Below, in pieces: positions 22,299 to 35,400 of a stretch of DNA of 42,151 bases (position 1 is its first letter; each line of letters opens with the position of its first letter). Location: contig LVLI01000142.1 of assembly GCA_001687465.1 (NCBI GenBank), positions 1 to 42,151 of the forward strand, given 5' to 3'. The position numbers were made by a program, and so were the translations under genes. A model generated the notes under the pieces. That model had not been told where the DNA came from. It worked only from the letters and a program-made list of their open reading frames with translations, and did not search any database. This stretch comes from Halocafeteria seosinensis (taxonomy: Eukaryota).

Positions 22299-23339
22299 AT
22301 GGCAGATGGGAATGCCCCACCGCAGGAATTGGTCCTCAAAGTGCTCGTCCTGGGGGATGTAGCCACCGGTAAAACCAGTATTATACGCAGGTACGTGGCG
22401 CCAGTCTATCCTCACCAAGGTGCTGACAGCACTAGCTATGTTGCTGCCGGGTTAGTTCGGGCTATCGTCCGGGAGTGTAAACCTGTCTAGGACACGAGAC
22501 ACAGGGAGTCCTCGTGCTTGTGCGGAGCAAGCATGAAGCACTGTTGTTCACCATGCTACGCTGTTTGTTTTCGTCGTATCATTTGGGAATACCTCTTTGG
22601 ATACCCTGCCAAGGAAATAAAAGGAACCTGTCGACTGCAGAACCGTGGGGAATGACTTTTCGGAACTGCATCAACCGACGATTGGAGTGGACTTTCACTT
22701 CAAAAAACTTCATGAAGATAATCAAGATGTAGTGCTACAACTTTGGGACATAGCAGGGCAAGACAGATTTGGAGCTATATATAGAGTATGTGATAACGAC
22801 AAAAATTATCCGTGTTAGCAAGCAGTGAGCCATTTTGGCGTGTTTTGCACTTGTTGACTTCAGGTGTATTATAGGGATGCCTACGGGGCTCTCCTTGTCT
22901 TTGATGTTTCAAGACCTGAAACCCTCAATGGCGCTGCCAAAGTAAGTTGCAGCATTTTTGTACGGCGTCTGCTCTATTTGCATCCTTATCGCGCGGGGTT
23001 GTACCGTGAACACAGTGGAAATCGGAAATCGATAGCAAAGTGAAATTACCCAACGGAGAGCCTTTACCGGTAATGCTACTCGCTAATAAATGTGATAAAG
23101 AGGTGGAAGTGAATAAAGATGAGATCAACCAGTTTTGTGAGAAACATGGATTTGTTGGTTGGTATGAAACGTCGGCGAAAACGAACCACAATATTGAAGA
23201 ATCTATCAATGGCCTAGTGAAATCCATACTGAAACATGACGACGCTTTTGAAGCTCAACGAGAAGCTGCTAATGCGAGCTCCAAGGAAGGGGAAATAGAT
23301 CTACATGAAACGCGATCCTCCAAAGGTGGCTGTTGTTAA
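22299..23339 (+). CDS. Rab32/38/29-subfamily GTPase, 4 exons, ~212 aa
   Basis: Exons 22299-22390, 22641-22785, 22864-22941 and 23016-23339. Motifs [27 protein letters not shown] (WDIAGQ is the subfamily signature), LLANKCD, ETSAK and C-terminal GGCC. Confidence 0.92.
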
Positions 23340-23399
23340 GGCGCATACAAGCAAAATCTACAATGAGGAAGAAAAATCCGTTGGTTAGGTTTTACATTG

Positions 23400-26167
23400 T
23401 TAGTGTATTTTCTGTGCAGCCGCTCCCACGATTTGTCTGAGGGTTCTCAAGTTTGTGTTGATCCGTTTATGAGAGGGCAATCTTCCCGAAGCCCTCTTCA
23501 TCGCTTCTAGTGCCTCTATGTATCGTTTCCTTCCGTGAAGGAACAGCGAGTATACTTCCCATACGAACGGGTCCTCAGGGTCAACAGTGGTAGCCCGTAC
23601 GTGCTCCGCCTCTGCCTCGCGTAAGTTCCCAACTTTCTCGTAGTACTGAGCATAGTGAGAGTGGAAAATCCCAATTGAAGGGTCTCCAACTGTTGCTGCC
23701 TTCAACCATCTCGCGACGTCGTCAAGTTTTCCCATATCGAGACCTGCTTGTGCAAGTGCATCGTAAATTCTGGCCAGAGAAATCGACGAAACTGAACCTT
23801 CCATATTTCCTTCCTCCATTACCAGAGCTTTCTCTAACTCACTGCCATAACAAGCGACAAGAATATTTGGTTCAAACTATTGGTTCATTATTCAAGGCAG
23901 GAGACTTACAGAATCGCAGAACCGGGATATCCGAAGTAAAGAGCAACCATACCCCTTCCGTATCTCATCGCAGACGATTCGCAGCCACGGCGACTTGCCT
24001 CTTCTAGCAGTGCCTTAGATAAGTCCAACGCTAGAGAACTCTGAAAATTTCAATGCGTCAAATCAGCTAAATATCTTAGTAGATTTTGAGTTGTTTTCGA
24101 CAAGGACAGACTTACACTGTTCAGAAACGTCGATTGCATTTTGGCCACCCACGTCGTATGCAAGATTCCTCCTGCTCGAAGATACCATTCAGGCATTTCC
24201 TGTCCCTCGACAATTCCAGACATGTGAATATCCAAGTTAATCAATCCAAGCTCTGCAAAGTTCCCACACGGAGTTTGAAAACCTCCAAAAATTCCACGAT
24301 AAAAGTTTTCCACGGCCTTAGGGTATCCCCCACGGCGTTGTTTGTACGTGAGGCCAAGGTTGTAATAGGCAGGGGAATGATCAGGATAAAGCTTAATCGC
24401 TACATCCAAGCACTCTTGCGCTTTTTCATTGTACTTCACTGAGTGTTTGTTCATGTATAAATTAGCAAGATTGTTTAGTGCCTTGACATTCTTCGGATGT
24501 ACCTCGACTCCTGACTCAAATAGTTTCAGTTCTGACCTCCAGTCGTCATTCCTTCGCCAAGTTCGTGCTACGCAAGAAACTAGAGAAATGAGAACGAGCA
24601 GCACAAAGCTGATCGTATTATACTTTGGGCGAACACGGACGGAGTTCGTTGTAGGCTTTTCCTCACCAACGTAGTCGACATTCACGTCGAATAGAGCCAT
24701 ACTGCGAGGAAGTAGATGTCCCACTCCCATAAAGATCCCTATGGTTGGAACATACAGTAACCGCTCCGCCACTTCAGTACCGACGAATACTAGGGCATTG
24801 GAGGCAGGCAAAAACGAGCTGATGGCAATCCCCGCACACCATAATAATTTACCCCTCCTAAAATAGAATAGACAAAGAATCGAAACCAAGACCGTCGAGT
24901 ACAGAAGTAAAGCGTAGATGCATCTCGGGTCCGTCCAGCTAAAAACAGGTTCCACCGAAGCATATGCGTGGTCAAATGCTAGGTCTTTAGGCCATAACAG
25001 CAACCATACATAGTATACGTGAGAATACGCGATCGTCGCGGCTCGAGCAAAACCAGGCTTCATCAACGCGAATTGATTTTCCATTATGGTCCACTGATAC
25101 AACGGAGCTCCTTTATGAACAGCAAGCCGAAAATACATGAAAACTATTCCAAAGATGACAGCGATTCCTAAGCGCACACACACTCCAATTCGTGCAAATG
25201 GGCGTAGTATCCAGAGTAGCGATTCTTTTACCGAGTACGAAGGAGTTTGTGCTGCATTCTTCGTCGCGTCAGCAAACTTCTCACCGTCCTGATTTTCGCT
25301 AGTTGTTGACGGCTCCCGAGGGTTGTGCGCCTGGAGGGAAAACTCTCCAAAAGGATATAGAAGTTCGCATAAAGCAAGTGCACCCAAAGCAGTAAATCCA
25401 ACTTCTTTGCTCAATGCGGATATTAGTATAAATAGAATTCCAAGTAGATATAGAATTGCGTTTGCTGCAGCGGTGCCACTCTTGAGCGAGTGAATAAAGC
25501 AGACAACAGCTACGAGATAGAATATACAACTGAGTAGATCTGCCCTTCCAACAATTCCAGCTACAGCTTCAGAATGAATCGGATGCACTGCAAATAATAA
25601 CCCCACGATCTGCACGCGCATGAAAGCCCCATTGCTCCCGAGACAACCGATATTATCGCCTATGGGCACTCACCAGAGTTTGGAGCTTGCTTAGTCCTAT
25701 TGATGACGCTAGCACATGAACAAGTCCGGTGTTAATAGCGTGTAGAATCACATTGGTAAAATGGTACCTGCGTCAACGAAGAGATAGATGGAACTCCTCT
25801 GGCAACTTAAACAGCTGCTCTCGTACGTACTGTGTAGGATCAGGGCCTGCTATGGCATAGTCCAATCGATACGATAGAACCGAAATTGGCCGAAAGCTTT
25901 TATGTGACGAGCTGTAGGGACAGTGTATGGCTAAAAGGATGGATACCATTCAGAATTGAATTCCTCTCTAGGCATTACGTACGCAAGACTGATATTTTGC
26001 CCCCAGAAATCGTGCTCCAGGAGAGACCATAATGGCGTTGTGCTCTTTAAGTCGTCGTTTCCCTTAACGGCGGCCCTATCGTCCCATGCAAAGCCAGCAT
26101 CAAAGGTGTTGCTATATAATGCCACGGATGTGGTCATACACAGTGCTATCGACCATATATTCTGCAT
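23400..26167 (-). CDS. TMTC-family protein O-mannosyltransferase (TM region, DUF1736, TPRs), 6 exons, ~808 aa
   Basis: Exons 26167-25983, 25911-25831, 25767-25674, 25609-24116, 24040-23910 and 23841-23400 join in frame. Motifs FAWDDRAAV, HDFWG, SHKSFRPI, LLFAVHPIHSEAVAGIVGRAD, LSKEVG, VAERLLYVPT, RNDDWRSELKLF, then TPR-like helices. Confidence 0.92.
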
Positions 26168-26453
26168 TGTGATGAGACAATATGTACAGTTCCCTTTCCT
26201 AATGCGCATGCATTTATATTTATATGTCTCTTATGGTCTTTATCTAGGTATGAGTGAGTTGTCCTGCTTCTTAGAAGACTAACAATGCAAATGCAGTCAG
26301 CAAGAGTTCCTACAAAATGTGACCCGTTGCCCTCCGTGAAGATATTATTGGACCTATAGGGGCCAAGGGCTGGGGATGAATACAGGTAAACTACTTGTAG
26401 CATAAAGGCAAGACTTCGGGTAAGTGTAGAGTACTACTATTTTTTACTTGCAG

Positions 26454-29400
26454 TTATGATACATACGCCTCGAGTACGAGCGCAGTTCCACGAAGAATCC
26501 ACTTATCCGGTGTCCCTTCGCAGGGTAATTCCACGGACATGACATAGTTAGTACTGAGGCCCATCGAGGATAACGCACCCTCGCGAGATGCAGTTCGATA
26601 AAGGGGGCATACGTATCTATCTTGGCGTGGGGTTCTGTTCGCCACCGGCATAATCGCAAACTCAGGCATTGGAGAGAACTGAGTATCTGGTGCGGGATCC
26701 TCGAGAACTCCTCCGTTAGAGGAATGGGACGATTCAAGGGAGAGTTGTTCCCCTTCAGTGGTGCCCTCCGCTTCAGGCGTTTCATTCTTGAGCACCTGTC
26801 GCGAGCTCCGCGTGCGGTTCATATTTGCTACGGAACCCCTGGAAGTGTCTCGGTGTAATTTCTTCCAACTTCCCCCCTGAAGCCATAGACCAGTGATAAT
26901 GGGAACATCCTGACTTCGATGCAGACTGCTTGTGCTGGAGCTATGGCCTCTTGAATCCAGATCAAAAACGAAGTCAAACGATAACGAGTCAACGGCAACG
27001 TTAACCCTCCGAGAATGTAGTTGCAGGAACGCCGTAAGTAACCCTTGCGGGAAAATGAAGGCACCCAAGTTGTACCGTCTGCTCGGAGCAGATCCGTCGT
27101 GTTTGCCTTGATTCCGGTTCACATGACGGCACCATGTTCTGAAAAACTGTATTCGTTGGTTCAAGTCTTGTAGCCAAGAACTGAGCGGAAGTAGTGATGG
27201 GTAGGCAAGGTCCTTCCACATTGAGGGCACTTCCCCAATTGCAATAGTGGACCGCATAGCTTCAATATCAGACGACATACTGGCTTCACCTAGTGTTGCC
27301 AGACGTAGCGATTCCAAACATCGCTGAATAAAGTCTACAAGAGAGTTGAACCGATCAATCTCTTGAATAAGCACCACCAACAGCGGCATTTCCAGAGCCT
27401 TCGGTACAGAAACTTCGTCAATCCGTTCAGGTATTTGTTTCCATATGTTGTCGACTACGTCTAGTGTTCTCTGATCAGCAGCAGAGACGCCTTCCTCCTG
27501 TGATTCTCCTTTCTTCTTAGACCGTACAGCTTGTACTGCACTTCCAGCTGGAGCACCCTCAGAGTCCTCGGAATCTTTTTGAACATCTAGCTGGCTAAAC
27601 GACCCTTGAGCAACCTTTAAGATGTGGTTAGACCGGAGCCTCCGTTGAACGTTATCCGCACTTGAATGCAGTCCGAACGCCTCCGGGGTATCTACTTTCG
27701 GGAACGAGTCGACGTAAGATTCTAGTTTCTCTAGACTGTCCAAGTCGTCGGGAACTATCGAGTACGTCCCGGTTGCATCTCCCCAAAAATTCATCATATC
27801 TTTCTCTGGACGCGGTGAACATACATATCTTAATGTTGTCAGCACACAACGGCGGTCCCAGTCATCCGTAATTCGTCCTCCGTAATTGATTTGACCCACC
27901 AGGTACTCAAACGCGTCCCATGAGAATAGATTTTCTGCCATCAGATTTTGCGCTTTGGATGATGTTGTCTTATATGAAATTTTCGCCAATTCGTCGATCT
28001 GAGAGGAGGAGGTAGCCAAATCTGACTCGTTAAATTCATACTTCGTATTAAATCCGATAGCACCAAACCGTTGTCTTTCTTTCAACATTGCGTGGAATAG
28101 ACACAGTTGGGCTTTTAACCGTTTCTGCAGTTGGTCAAAGCGGTGCCAATTGTCTGCAGCGCCCAAATTCTCACCCTGGCCATGTCTCTCCACTTCCCAG
28201 TGTCCTTTCACTACCTCCATATTTCTGCGCAGATTGGCTTTTAGCCCGCGAGGAGGCTCGCTGGTCACTTTAATGCAACTCTGCAGGATTTGCACGGGGA
28301 ATGCCGAAGTAGGTGCAGAGGTAAGGAACAGTCGGAATTCCTTGTGCAGCTGAACTTCTTCCGAAGAGATCGCATCGACCAGCTTACTCAAGCGGGGTAG
28401 CCAACTTTGGGCAACGTGACAGTTCTGTAAACAGACCCATTCACCGCGCTCTTGGGCATCCCTAATGGCAGATTCAGCACGAGGACCTTGGCCCCGTCCG
28501 AGGCTGACGAATTTTAGACTCTGCTCCATCCCCATGTCGGTAGCCAGCTCTTGCACGATGCTCGTTGGATCCGCCCCTTTCGACACTATAAATAAGCAAG
28601 GAGTGGTTGGTTCCATCGATAGTTTCAAGGTCTGAGAGGTCGAGCTGTCGGAAGAACCGAAGGCGTCTCCCAACGCATCTGTTACAAACCATGACACACC
28701 ACGCAACAATTTATGGGGGGCAATACATTTCACCACGATGAGACGTCCAACAGGGCTCAAAGAATGCATTTTCGACGGCGCCAAGTCCATAGAGAAGTCA
28801 TCACTAGAACGCCATTCTTGCCATGCGTCTGATGCCTCCGCAATCATTTTGCATGCATTGAATCCAGTAACGCGGTCTAGCTCCGCTAGTAATAGCCACT
28901 CATCATTGCTGACTAGTGGCCGCTTGTGCTCAAAGGGATTCTTGTAGGACGGCTTTCCACCCGACGATACTACGGACCCCTGCAACATCAGCTCACTTTC
29001 CTCCACTGATGTCTTCCCGTTGGAAAGATGTATCCGAAGGGCCGAAAGAAACGCAAATGTCAATTGGTCCTGCTCGAATAGTCCCTGACGGATGGAAGCA
29101 AAGAGTTGTTTCGTAACGACGTCAAGAATGCGCTGCATCTTTTCTTCAGAATCGGTCGGAAGTGGACTCTCCATCCGGACGTTGGCAGTAAAAAGTTTGG
29201 TAAAATAGGACAGCGAATAAGTGTACATACTGCTCGCCTCCCGGAGGCTGCTGATCACATCAAACATCAGCGCACCTCTTCCAGATACTGGCCTATAAGC
29301 ATTTCTTGCGACGTCCAACTGTTTGGTCGTCTCTTGGGATTCCGCGACCCGAGACGCAATGTTTTGTGATGTTTCCTGTGCACTCTCGAGAGTACTGATA

Positions 29401-32400
29401 ACATCAGTCCGATCAAGAATGTTGTCACCGGCTGAAGAAATTTGTTCTAATACTTGCTTTTCCAAAGAGCGGAGCTGCTTCCGATCATTGGCTAGGCTAG
29501 AAAGCAGTTCACGTTTCCGCGTTTCTATTTCCGGCTTTTCGTTCTGGACCACAGAGGACAGTAGCTGCTCATCGATAGACGCCACTGTCGCGTTGAAATT
29601 GATTATGTTGACTTTTACAGATTGCTCAGGGACTATATCGATTTCAGACTGCCGCGTTGCCAGGTACAGGCGGAAGTGGGAATCGTAGTCCACTGTTTTG
29701 TCGCCGATTTTAATGGTTGACCTTCCCCCAGCATCGACAAAATGTTCTTTGTTCAGAACACCATCCAAAGAGGCAGGTATATCAGGAGGGCAGTCTTCGA
29801 GAAACAAGGCCATTCCGCCGCGAACGCAATATTCTAAAACCTGCTCAAGTGTGCGTTTCAAACCGCGTCGCCCCCTGCTGTAGGCGCCACTTGCAGACGT
29901 GTGCTCCTGCTTTTCACCTTCAGTATTTTCGGCGTTTTGTTTTACAGAGCTTGAGGAATCGTCTGCGTGACTAAGGTTATATGTCTCCAATGAATCACCT
30001 TCCATATTTCTTATCCACTTAACAGCTTGCTGGTTGGGGTCTAGGAAGAGCGGCCATCGATAACCGTTTGCAGCTATTATTGCACTATACACAGAGTTAG
30101 AGTCATTCGGAAGACCCAACGCATGCCATTCTTGGAGCTGAACATCATCAGTGAGGGTCGATTGCAAAGTAAAGTCGTCAGAGATTGGTAATTGTTTCCT
30201 CTGCACTAAATCTATCCATTCTTCTAAAATCTTTGGCCTCGTTGGGGCAGCAAACGGTCCCAAATGGACACAAGCTGCACTCCCTAGCAGTACCTCACCG
30301 ATCAGTTTGTCCTGAGAGCGTACAAGCTTTTGGAACTCCGATTTCCACCTTGCGCCTTCACTTTCAATGGAAGCCAGAAGTTTCTCAGCGCTATCCAACC
30401 TCCGTTGACACTTAGCTTTCTCGTCTTCAAGGGACTGCTTTTCATCCTCTCGGGCCTGTGACTCCTCCTCGAGCTTGTTTACTGTCTCAACGATATTGTT
30501 CAATTCTTCCTGTTTCCCCCGAAGTTCCGCATTGGCTTCACTCAATTCCTCCTCCATTTCAGCCAGGCGTTCTCGCTTTGGTTGTACCTCTCGATATACC
30601 AAACAATACCGTTCAACGGCATGGAGCCACATGCATATACTCGTCGCCGCCTTTGATACCTTGGAGACGTTCTGAACGGACATTGAAGAGTTAGAGGTGT
30701 ACTTTTGCAACTTCGTCAATGCGGCATTAGACATATTGTCTTTGTCGTATTCTTGGAGCGTCCGGATGAAATTATCAGGCTGCGCAAGGAGCTTTCGAGC
30801 ATTTTCCCAGTCCGCTTTCTCAGCTAAAAGCGCACAAACGGCCTCCATTACAAAGCGAACACCTGGTGGAGGCTGCGAAAAACTTCGTATCTCAGTTATA
30901 TCTTGCCGTGAGAGCGAGTTCAAGCTCTGTATTGCATTATTCAACGCGGGAAGCGCAACCTCCAGGTCCCTTTCCGCTTCCTCTTTCAGCTTTTGGACTT
31001 GTTGTTGCTTGTCCCGCACGTCCTTTTCTTCACTCTCGACTGTATCCCTTTTCACTGAAACTTTTTCTTGCTCTTGCTTGACTTTTGCCAGCAGCTGTTC
31101 CGTTTCTTCAGATTTGGATACAAGTTGCGGAGCAAGATCTCGCAGCTGCTGCTGTAGGGAGTTGACGTTCGTTTCCGTTTCTCGCAAGCGGTGAATACCA
31201 ACGTTGTACCGTTCAATGTTCTCCATCATCGATTTAAAAGTACTTTGAAGATGCCATTTGAACGTATGAAGAAAGTCCAGAAAAGTTCTCGGAGTGAAGT
31301 GCACGACTTGTTTCTGCTTTGTCTTCACTTCCCTAGCGTGTCGGCATGCTGCCCTGTACATGCTCACCGAGGAGCCTACTAGCGCTTTGTATTTCGTATG
31401 CCTCGTGGAGGAGATAGTGAGACTCTCGAGACTTTCTTCTTGTTCCCCTTTGATTTGCTCAAGACCAGCTTGATCGGAGGGAGCAGGAAGGCGCATGTCA
31501 CCCAGCACTCTCCTAGCCACTTGGAATAGTGCATTCTCTGGCCACGGGTGAATCCAGTCTATAGTACAACAGTTCACTAATCCAGGGAAGGTTCGCAGAC
31601 GGCTATAAAATAAGTTGCTGCCAGGACTAAGAGCCAAAATCACATGAAAATTCTGCTGTACACGTTGATAAAATAATGTGACAGACTCATCGTAGGAAAG
31701 AGTTACATCGCCTACATCATCAACATCACTCTCGGCTTTCTGCTTCTCGTCGACGTAAGCATCCCGAAGCTTGGTTACAATACTTTCCATTTCTGTCGCA
31801 TCGTACAAATTTGGCACTTCCCCGTTGTTCAACAAGCTGTTTACATCTTCCAGAAACGACTCTTCAACGATTTGTACGTCCGTCAACAGCAACGCAGAGT
31901 TCTTACCCTCAACACCAGTGTTCCACATGAGCTCTTTCAAATGTTCCCGGAAGTTGTCCCGGTTGTATCCGCCAACCATGGCCGGGGAGGAGAGTTGGCA
32001 TCCGCTCATGAAGGCTGCTAACCGCGTTAGACTCTGTTTACCGCAACCACCTACACCTACGAACAACAGATGTCCACGAGGCTGAAACAGAATACGGGAA
32101 ATCCTCACTAGATGATCCACCGCATCCTGGAAGAATACCAGGTCCATAGGAACATTGGTACTTTCATTATACTCTGCAAGATAGTCATCAAGTAATTTGG
32201 GTAACTTAAAAGGCTTTTCGCAAAATGCATAATCCGCTGAGGATGCATCATGGTGAAGAAAACCACCAAAATAAAGAGGTCCAACAGCGGGAACCGAGAT
32301 ACTCGACCTTCGCCTTCCACGTCCAGTTCCGAATCGCCGACGCTCTTGAATATTGGGCTGGTCGTTCTGTTCTTCTGATTTTGCTCGCTCTTCGGAGGCC

Positions 32401-35400
32401 TGGATTGTGGCTTGGTTCCCAAAAACGCTGTCTACGGTCCAGCTTATCTTCATGTAGTCCTTAATATACGTAATAATGAGGTCATCAAATACCTTTCGAT
32501 CATTTTCATCAATAAGTCGATCTCGGAATACCCGCGCACTTTCATGCGTCCAGAGTCGAACCAAAATTCCACCGTCTGGACAAGTTGATGGAGTCGCCAT
32601 CGAAAGGCCCTGAATGACTTTCGCGACGTCCCGTAGGTTGAACACATAATGAGCTTTCGAAGGTGTCGGTTTTAGTGACTGCTTGCATGCTTGGTACAAG
32701 GCTATGGTCGCGCGGACCATGGAGAGCCGGAGTGCTCGTATCTCCTTGTGGAACCCCTCGTGGAACAACCCATTAACAATCGAAGAAAACATATGAACCA
32801 TCACGTCTGAAGAAGGCTGCGGCATCGACAGAAGGCAAAAATGTCTTTGTAAGCGCGGAGGTAATCGTTGTCTGCCCCCTGACGGAAGACCTGCTGTGGC
32901 AATAACCATAGTGTTTTCTAAGTGTTGCCAATGGAAGTCTTGCCGGTTGTGCATGCCACCGTAATCCACGATCTGCCTCAATAGTTCTAGAGGAGGCTGA
33001 GCCCCGTATTTTTCCTTTGCAGGCAAGTTTAAATCCTCTACAAATAAAATCCCTTCCGTATTGCTTTCGGGTATTAATAATCCTTTCCGCATGCGGCTCA
33101 TCTTCTTCTCTATAGACGATTGTACATCTTCAGAAGCAGTTTGCGCTGAGAATATCAATGGCATTAAGTCCAGTTGTTTCGCCTCATCACGCATCTGTAC
33201 AATTTTGGTCTCTTCGTCTCCTGTGTCTGAAGGTAGGTCATGATTCTCACGCCGCTTTGACAGCATCTCCGGAGTGTGGTTTCGCAGGTATTTACGCAGA
33301 ATAACACTCTTGCCGCAACCCGCTGGTCCCGTCAAGAGTATAGGCTTTCGCGGCATATCGACACGAACACCGGCTGGGGTGGCAAAATTTACACTTCCGG
33401 GAATCGGACGTGCTTTGTCAACAGCCACGAGTTTAGATGAGCTCTTCTTTTGCTGTTTTTGTCCTTTCTCCTCACAGCGTGCGGCATATCGGAGACCAAT
33501 CGTGTCCCATTTAGACTGGCTCTCGAATAAGTGAAACTCCAAAACATTTTCAAAACGAACTGTGTCCACAGTTGGGACCACGACACTCGGAAGGGGGACC
33601 TCCGGACTGTATGTATACTCAGGCACCAGGTCCTTCCAAGGTCGGAACCGAACCTCAGTTTCATCCTCAACGTAGAGATAATAGTCATAAATGAGCCCCT
33701 GGTTCGGAAAGTCTAGACTGATACCACAATGTTTTGCATACGCTCGAAGCCATTTGTCGAAGCGTTTCCAATATTCGCCCGTAACAGCCGCACCGACAGA
33801 CCAAGTAAAACACCACAGTATAATTCGATCCAGTGACTTTTCTGTCATGCTCTCGTTTACGTCAACGCCTTGTCGGGACAAATAGTTGAACGTTCCACGG
33901 AGGAGAGAGAAAAATGTTGATGCTAAGTTCAGCGTCGAGCAGTGATTTCCCTGGGGACCACAGTCAACAATTTCTTCACCGCTGTGATCTCCTCCTGCAC
34001 CCAGCCTTGAGAGTTGTTGAGGACTCTCTAGTTCGCTTTCGGATGGATCAGTGCAGTGGTGCGCAAGCCAGCCCACTGCTGGGCCAAGCAACGAACCCAC
34101 TAAGACGGCCACTCTCTTCATCATGCTGTGGGTCGTGATGCCCTCATTACTAAACTCCTTAGCCCTCGCAGTACCGTACATTCTCCAAGAAACAACACCA
34201 TGAGGCATGTACACGACACCTAAACGACTGACAGTGGCCGGGGAAGCATGTGACAAGTCTCCACATTCGAAGAGCAACCGCACGCGATCCGTGAGTTTAA
34301 TTCTCTCTCCACTTGCCAGACAAAGCATTTTGCTATCGTCGAGCACAGTGTTCATGTTTTCTATCCATAACGCATCAACAGGGCCATCGATCGATATCCA
34401 GCACTCTTGGGGGATAATAGTCTCGCTGTCCACTTCTTGTGGTCTAGCAGATGTTGCCAAAACGCCTCGACGAATCATGGTCGACAAGAGCCCATCGTGC
34501 CATTCTTGAGTCATTTCGTCATAACGACCGTATAGCTCATCGATGCTTAAGCTCTTTGGATTCATCTCCATCACCATTGCCGATGCTGGGAGCCCATCGA
34601 AACTGCGCGGAGACGACGGTACTTTTGGAGCTGGTTTATCCTTCCGTTCACCTTGATCATCACTGTCAGATTCTTCATCGGACAATTCAATATCTTGATT
34701 GGCCATCTGTCGTTGTTCTTCTGCTTTCCGATAGGCTGCCATATGGCATCTGGAAATTGCCAACGCTTGCGCCGCCACACTCTTACCTGAGGCTACTCCC
34801 ACAAGTGCCACGCCAGTTCTCACTTGCAAAATCTGGTCCAAATCCAGAACCTTTTTTATAAAGTTTTTCGAAGAGCTCATGTTGGTATCATCCAAAACGG
34901 TCCTGATCACAGATTCCATCATTTCATCCCGCGCAGTCTTAGTCGAAACAGAGGGGAACATATCGCGGATAATTGCTTGAAACAGTTTCAAATCGTGCCG
35001 AGAGAATTTTGGAACGTTGCTTTCCGAGAGAGCTCTGATGAGCACCTCTTGTTCCCCCTTGGTTGGCTCCTTCTGCTTTAACGTACCTGCAATCTGAAGC
35101 ACGGATTTGACGGCACGCAGGCCGAAATCATAATGACTTTGCTTCGACAACTGCTCAGAGCATAACTGAGTTATCATAACAAGTTTTATACTTAATGCTT
35201 TCGCTTCTTGGAAGCCATAGGAAAATAAGAGGATCTCCGCGATCCGATTGTAATCAGGTATCATCATTGCCATCGGCCTGAACATAGTCTGTAGGTTCTC
35301 AGGTAGCTCAGTACGCCCGGCATAACCTGGATTCATGGTTGCAATGATGTGATGGCTCTTCACACACATTGTTCGTCCTTCGAACGTTATTTCACCCTGG

